A stretch of 64,000 bases of DNA from Octopus sinensis. Taxonomy: Eukaryota. This document shows, one piece after another, positions 61,701 to 64,000 of this stretch. The notes below the pieces were generated by a model. It ran no database searches. It was given only the letters and a program-made list of their open reading frames with translations, and was not told the origin of the DNA. A program made the position numbers and the translations under genes. The stretch covers positions 106,268,001 through 106,332,000 of the forward strand of contig NC_042997.1 of assembly GCF_006345805.1 (NCBI RefSeq), in the 5' to 3' direction. The stretch's first letter is position 1; every line of letters begins with the position of its first letter.

Positions 61701-62765
61701 TTAATTGTCAAATAAAATGATGCTTGTATGTATCCAGTAGAATAACAGAAAGCCAGCCATGGTAGAATGTAAACTCAGTGGTTTAGGAGGGAAACAAAGC
61801 ATTGTAAGACATTTAGTTTGCCTATCATTTAAGGACACTGAAAGATACTCTAATCACCTGACAGGCTAGAAATAGCAACCACTTTTCCCTCATGTCGTCA
61901 CCTTACAAACTCTATAACAAAAACAAAAAAAAACACAAAGATGACAGAGCACATTGGATAGTGTAGTATTAAATGCACCGCAATTGAAAAACTGATAAGA
62001 TGGTCATAAGTGATCATGTCTACTTGATCAGAACTGACTCCAGGCTAGTCATTGGCCACAATAACAGCTGATGAGATTGATAATAAAAACCATGAGGAAA
62101 TTTTCTCAACAAACCATTTTGTCTTAGCTTAATAACCCTGTTACCTTCATTTCAGTCATCATTACCTGCAGTTTATTCCAAAATAGGAAAATTTACCTCA
62201 GATTTCATCTGACCCGTGAAAGCATAGAAAAGTGAACATTGCTGTAGTTAATTATTAGGTTGTTGCACTCCCGATCCAGTGATCATGATTTCAGTTCCTA
62301 GACAGGGTGGTGTGTTGTATTCTTAAGCAAAACATTTCATCTCACATTGTTTTGTGATCACTTTCACACACCTGAAGTGTTGTACACTGTGTACCTGTTC
62401 AGACAATATCGATTTGATGGAGAGGGTGAGCTAATGTGCAGCACAAACATTTGATCACTATAAACAAATCTTTTGTGCAGGTCATTTGACAAAGGTTGAA
62501 TACTCATATGTTATCTTTGACGGGAGAGACCATCATTACTATCATTAAGGCAGCAAACTGGTAGAATCATTAGCATGCTGGACAAAATGCTTAGTGGCAT
62601 TTTGTCCGTCCTTACATTTTGAGTTCAAGTTCTGCTGGGGTCGACTTTGTCTTTCATCCTTTCAGAATTGATGAAATAAGTCCCAGTTATGCACTGGGGT
62701 CAACATAATCAACCAACCCCCTTCCGTTAAAATTTCAGGCCTTGTACCTATAGTAGAAAGCATTA

Positions 62766-63052
62766 TTACCTCTGTCTTAGCGAAGGCAGTGGTATTGCTT
62801 TCAGTCATGTTTGTTTGTTTGTCCCTGGACAAGATATCTCAAGAACCACTGGATGGATTTAGATGAAACTTTCAATGGCACAAACTGATTAGGATTCTCG
62901 ACAAGGATTCTGGATTATTTTTTCTGTTTTATTACCTAATTTTTGAGAGCAGTCGGGTTCATTTTCAGTATTCCCGTTTGTGAGAGCAGTCAAGTCTATT
63001 TCAGATATTCTCATTTTAAAAATCATCTTCGGCTAATCGTTGAGAGGACATT
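62766..63052 (+). mobile_element. Helentron-associated non-autonomous element (HINE/DINE-like), internally deleted
   Basis: Starts TTACCTCTGTCTTAGCGAAGGCAGTGGTA (subterminal hairpin), then a (GTTT)n tract, then GGATGGATTTAGATGAAACTTT. Confidence 0.6.
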
Positions 63053-64000
63053 GCTGCTTCCCCAAAATTGCTGGCCTTGTGCCGAAATTTGAAATCATCA
63101 TTATTATTATCATGACAATGATGATGATTACAGTAAAAAAATATCTTCCATATAGTTTTCTGATTTTTTTTTTCTTCCATAAATGGAACCCTAACATAAC
63201 CATGAATCATAGCATTGTTAGATCTATACATCTTTGCATCTACATTGTGTTACAATTGACTCTACATAGTCTGTGGCAGTCACAGTTACTGAGATCACAA
63301 AATTGAGTTGATAATTGACAGTTCTATGTAAATCTTAAATTACCTTGTAAATCTTGATACAACTTTCTCTGACCACATATGACAATGAGCTTTGGTTGCA
63401 TGTATTCTCCTGTTATGACACCAGTTCTATATGGAGCCTCAACTTATAATTTCCTTTTTGTGCAGGTTCACCCATTACAAAAACTAATTGCTCCCTAACT
63501 CATGACATTTGCTAAGATGTTTGTATTTTATAAAACTGTAATTTATCCATCTCAGAATTTTCTCTGCCTCATTTATTGGATTAGCACTCAAATGTCGCAG
63601 TGTTAACCCATATTTACTGTACAACTGGTTTTCTATTGCTATTCAGCTTCCATTGCCCAAATTAGAAAAAAAATAGTTGAAAGGGAGATTGCTATTTTTG
63701 AAACGATTGTTCTATTTTGAGAGTAGGGAAAAAAGAGGTTAATCAGTAAACATCTATTTAATATATTTGAAAAATTTGAAAATCTGTATGAACTTTTTTT
63801 CTTTGTACCTGAATACAATATAGTCCATAATGTGCCATGCAAATTATTCTATGGAACTTGTACAAGTTTTAAACGGGCAATCACCAAGGGAGGCAATTCA
63901 TGTTCATGTTACGTGCTACAAATGAGCTAGATGAGAGTATCTAATACAGTGACTCATGGTTTGCAGTTCAGATCTTAACGATGGCCAATTCTGTCCTTTC

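Overview
This is eukaryotic, AT-rich and repeat-dense DNA. The tRNA-derived SINE families, RTE LINEs and (TA)n/(CA)n microsatellites point to an octopus/coleoid cephalopod genome; this assignment is by recognition, not a database search. Nearly all ORFs in the supplied track are spurious or transposon debris. The window is mostly intronic sequence of one + strand gene, a sosondowah (SOWAH-family) ankyrin-repeat gene. I reconstructed seven exons from splice signals: 320-463, 26155-26208, 27430-27531, 30587-30598, 34057-34059, 36697-36699 and 55104-55193. All are phase 0-0 and splice into ...KSKSDK|NKDGADDDDANSAGGFVT|LSDEQKVWMKQSANCDYQELSKLLSKNPSLAKER|SFIN|G|Y|TALHWAAKHGKPDVVKLLCGKPGVNVDQKT. Main finding: the ankyrin hairpin motif R-S-F-I-N-G-Y-T-A-L-H-W appears to be built from one 12-nt and two single-codon (3-nt) microexons spread over about 27.5 kb. 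Second finding: four minimal type I hammerhead-ribozyme motifs of three sequence families, each with a palindromic stem III and a GUA cleavage triplet, sit in short elements next to (TA)n tracts. The rest is RTE LINE remnants (all coding remnants antisense to the gene), a piggyBac pseudo-element, several mariner/Tc1 elements and MITEs, three SINE families, Helitron-like elements and simple repeats. Several inverted-repeat pairs could form dsRNA in the pre-mRNA.
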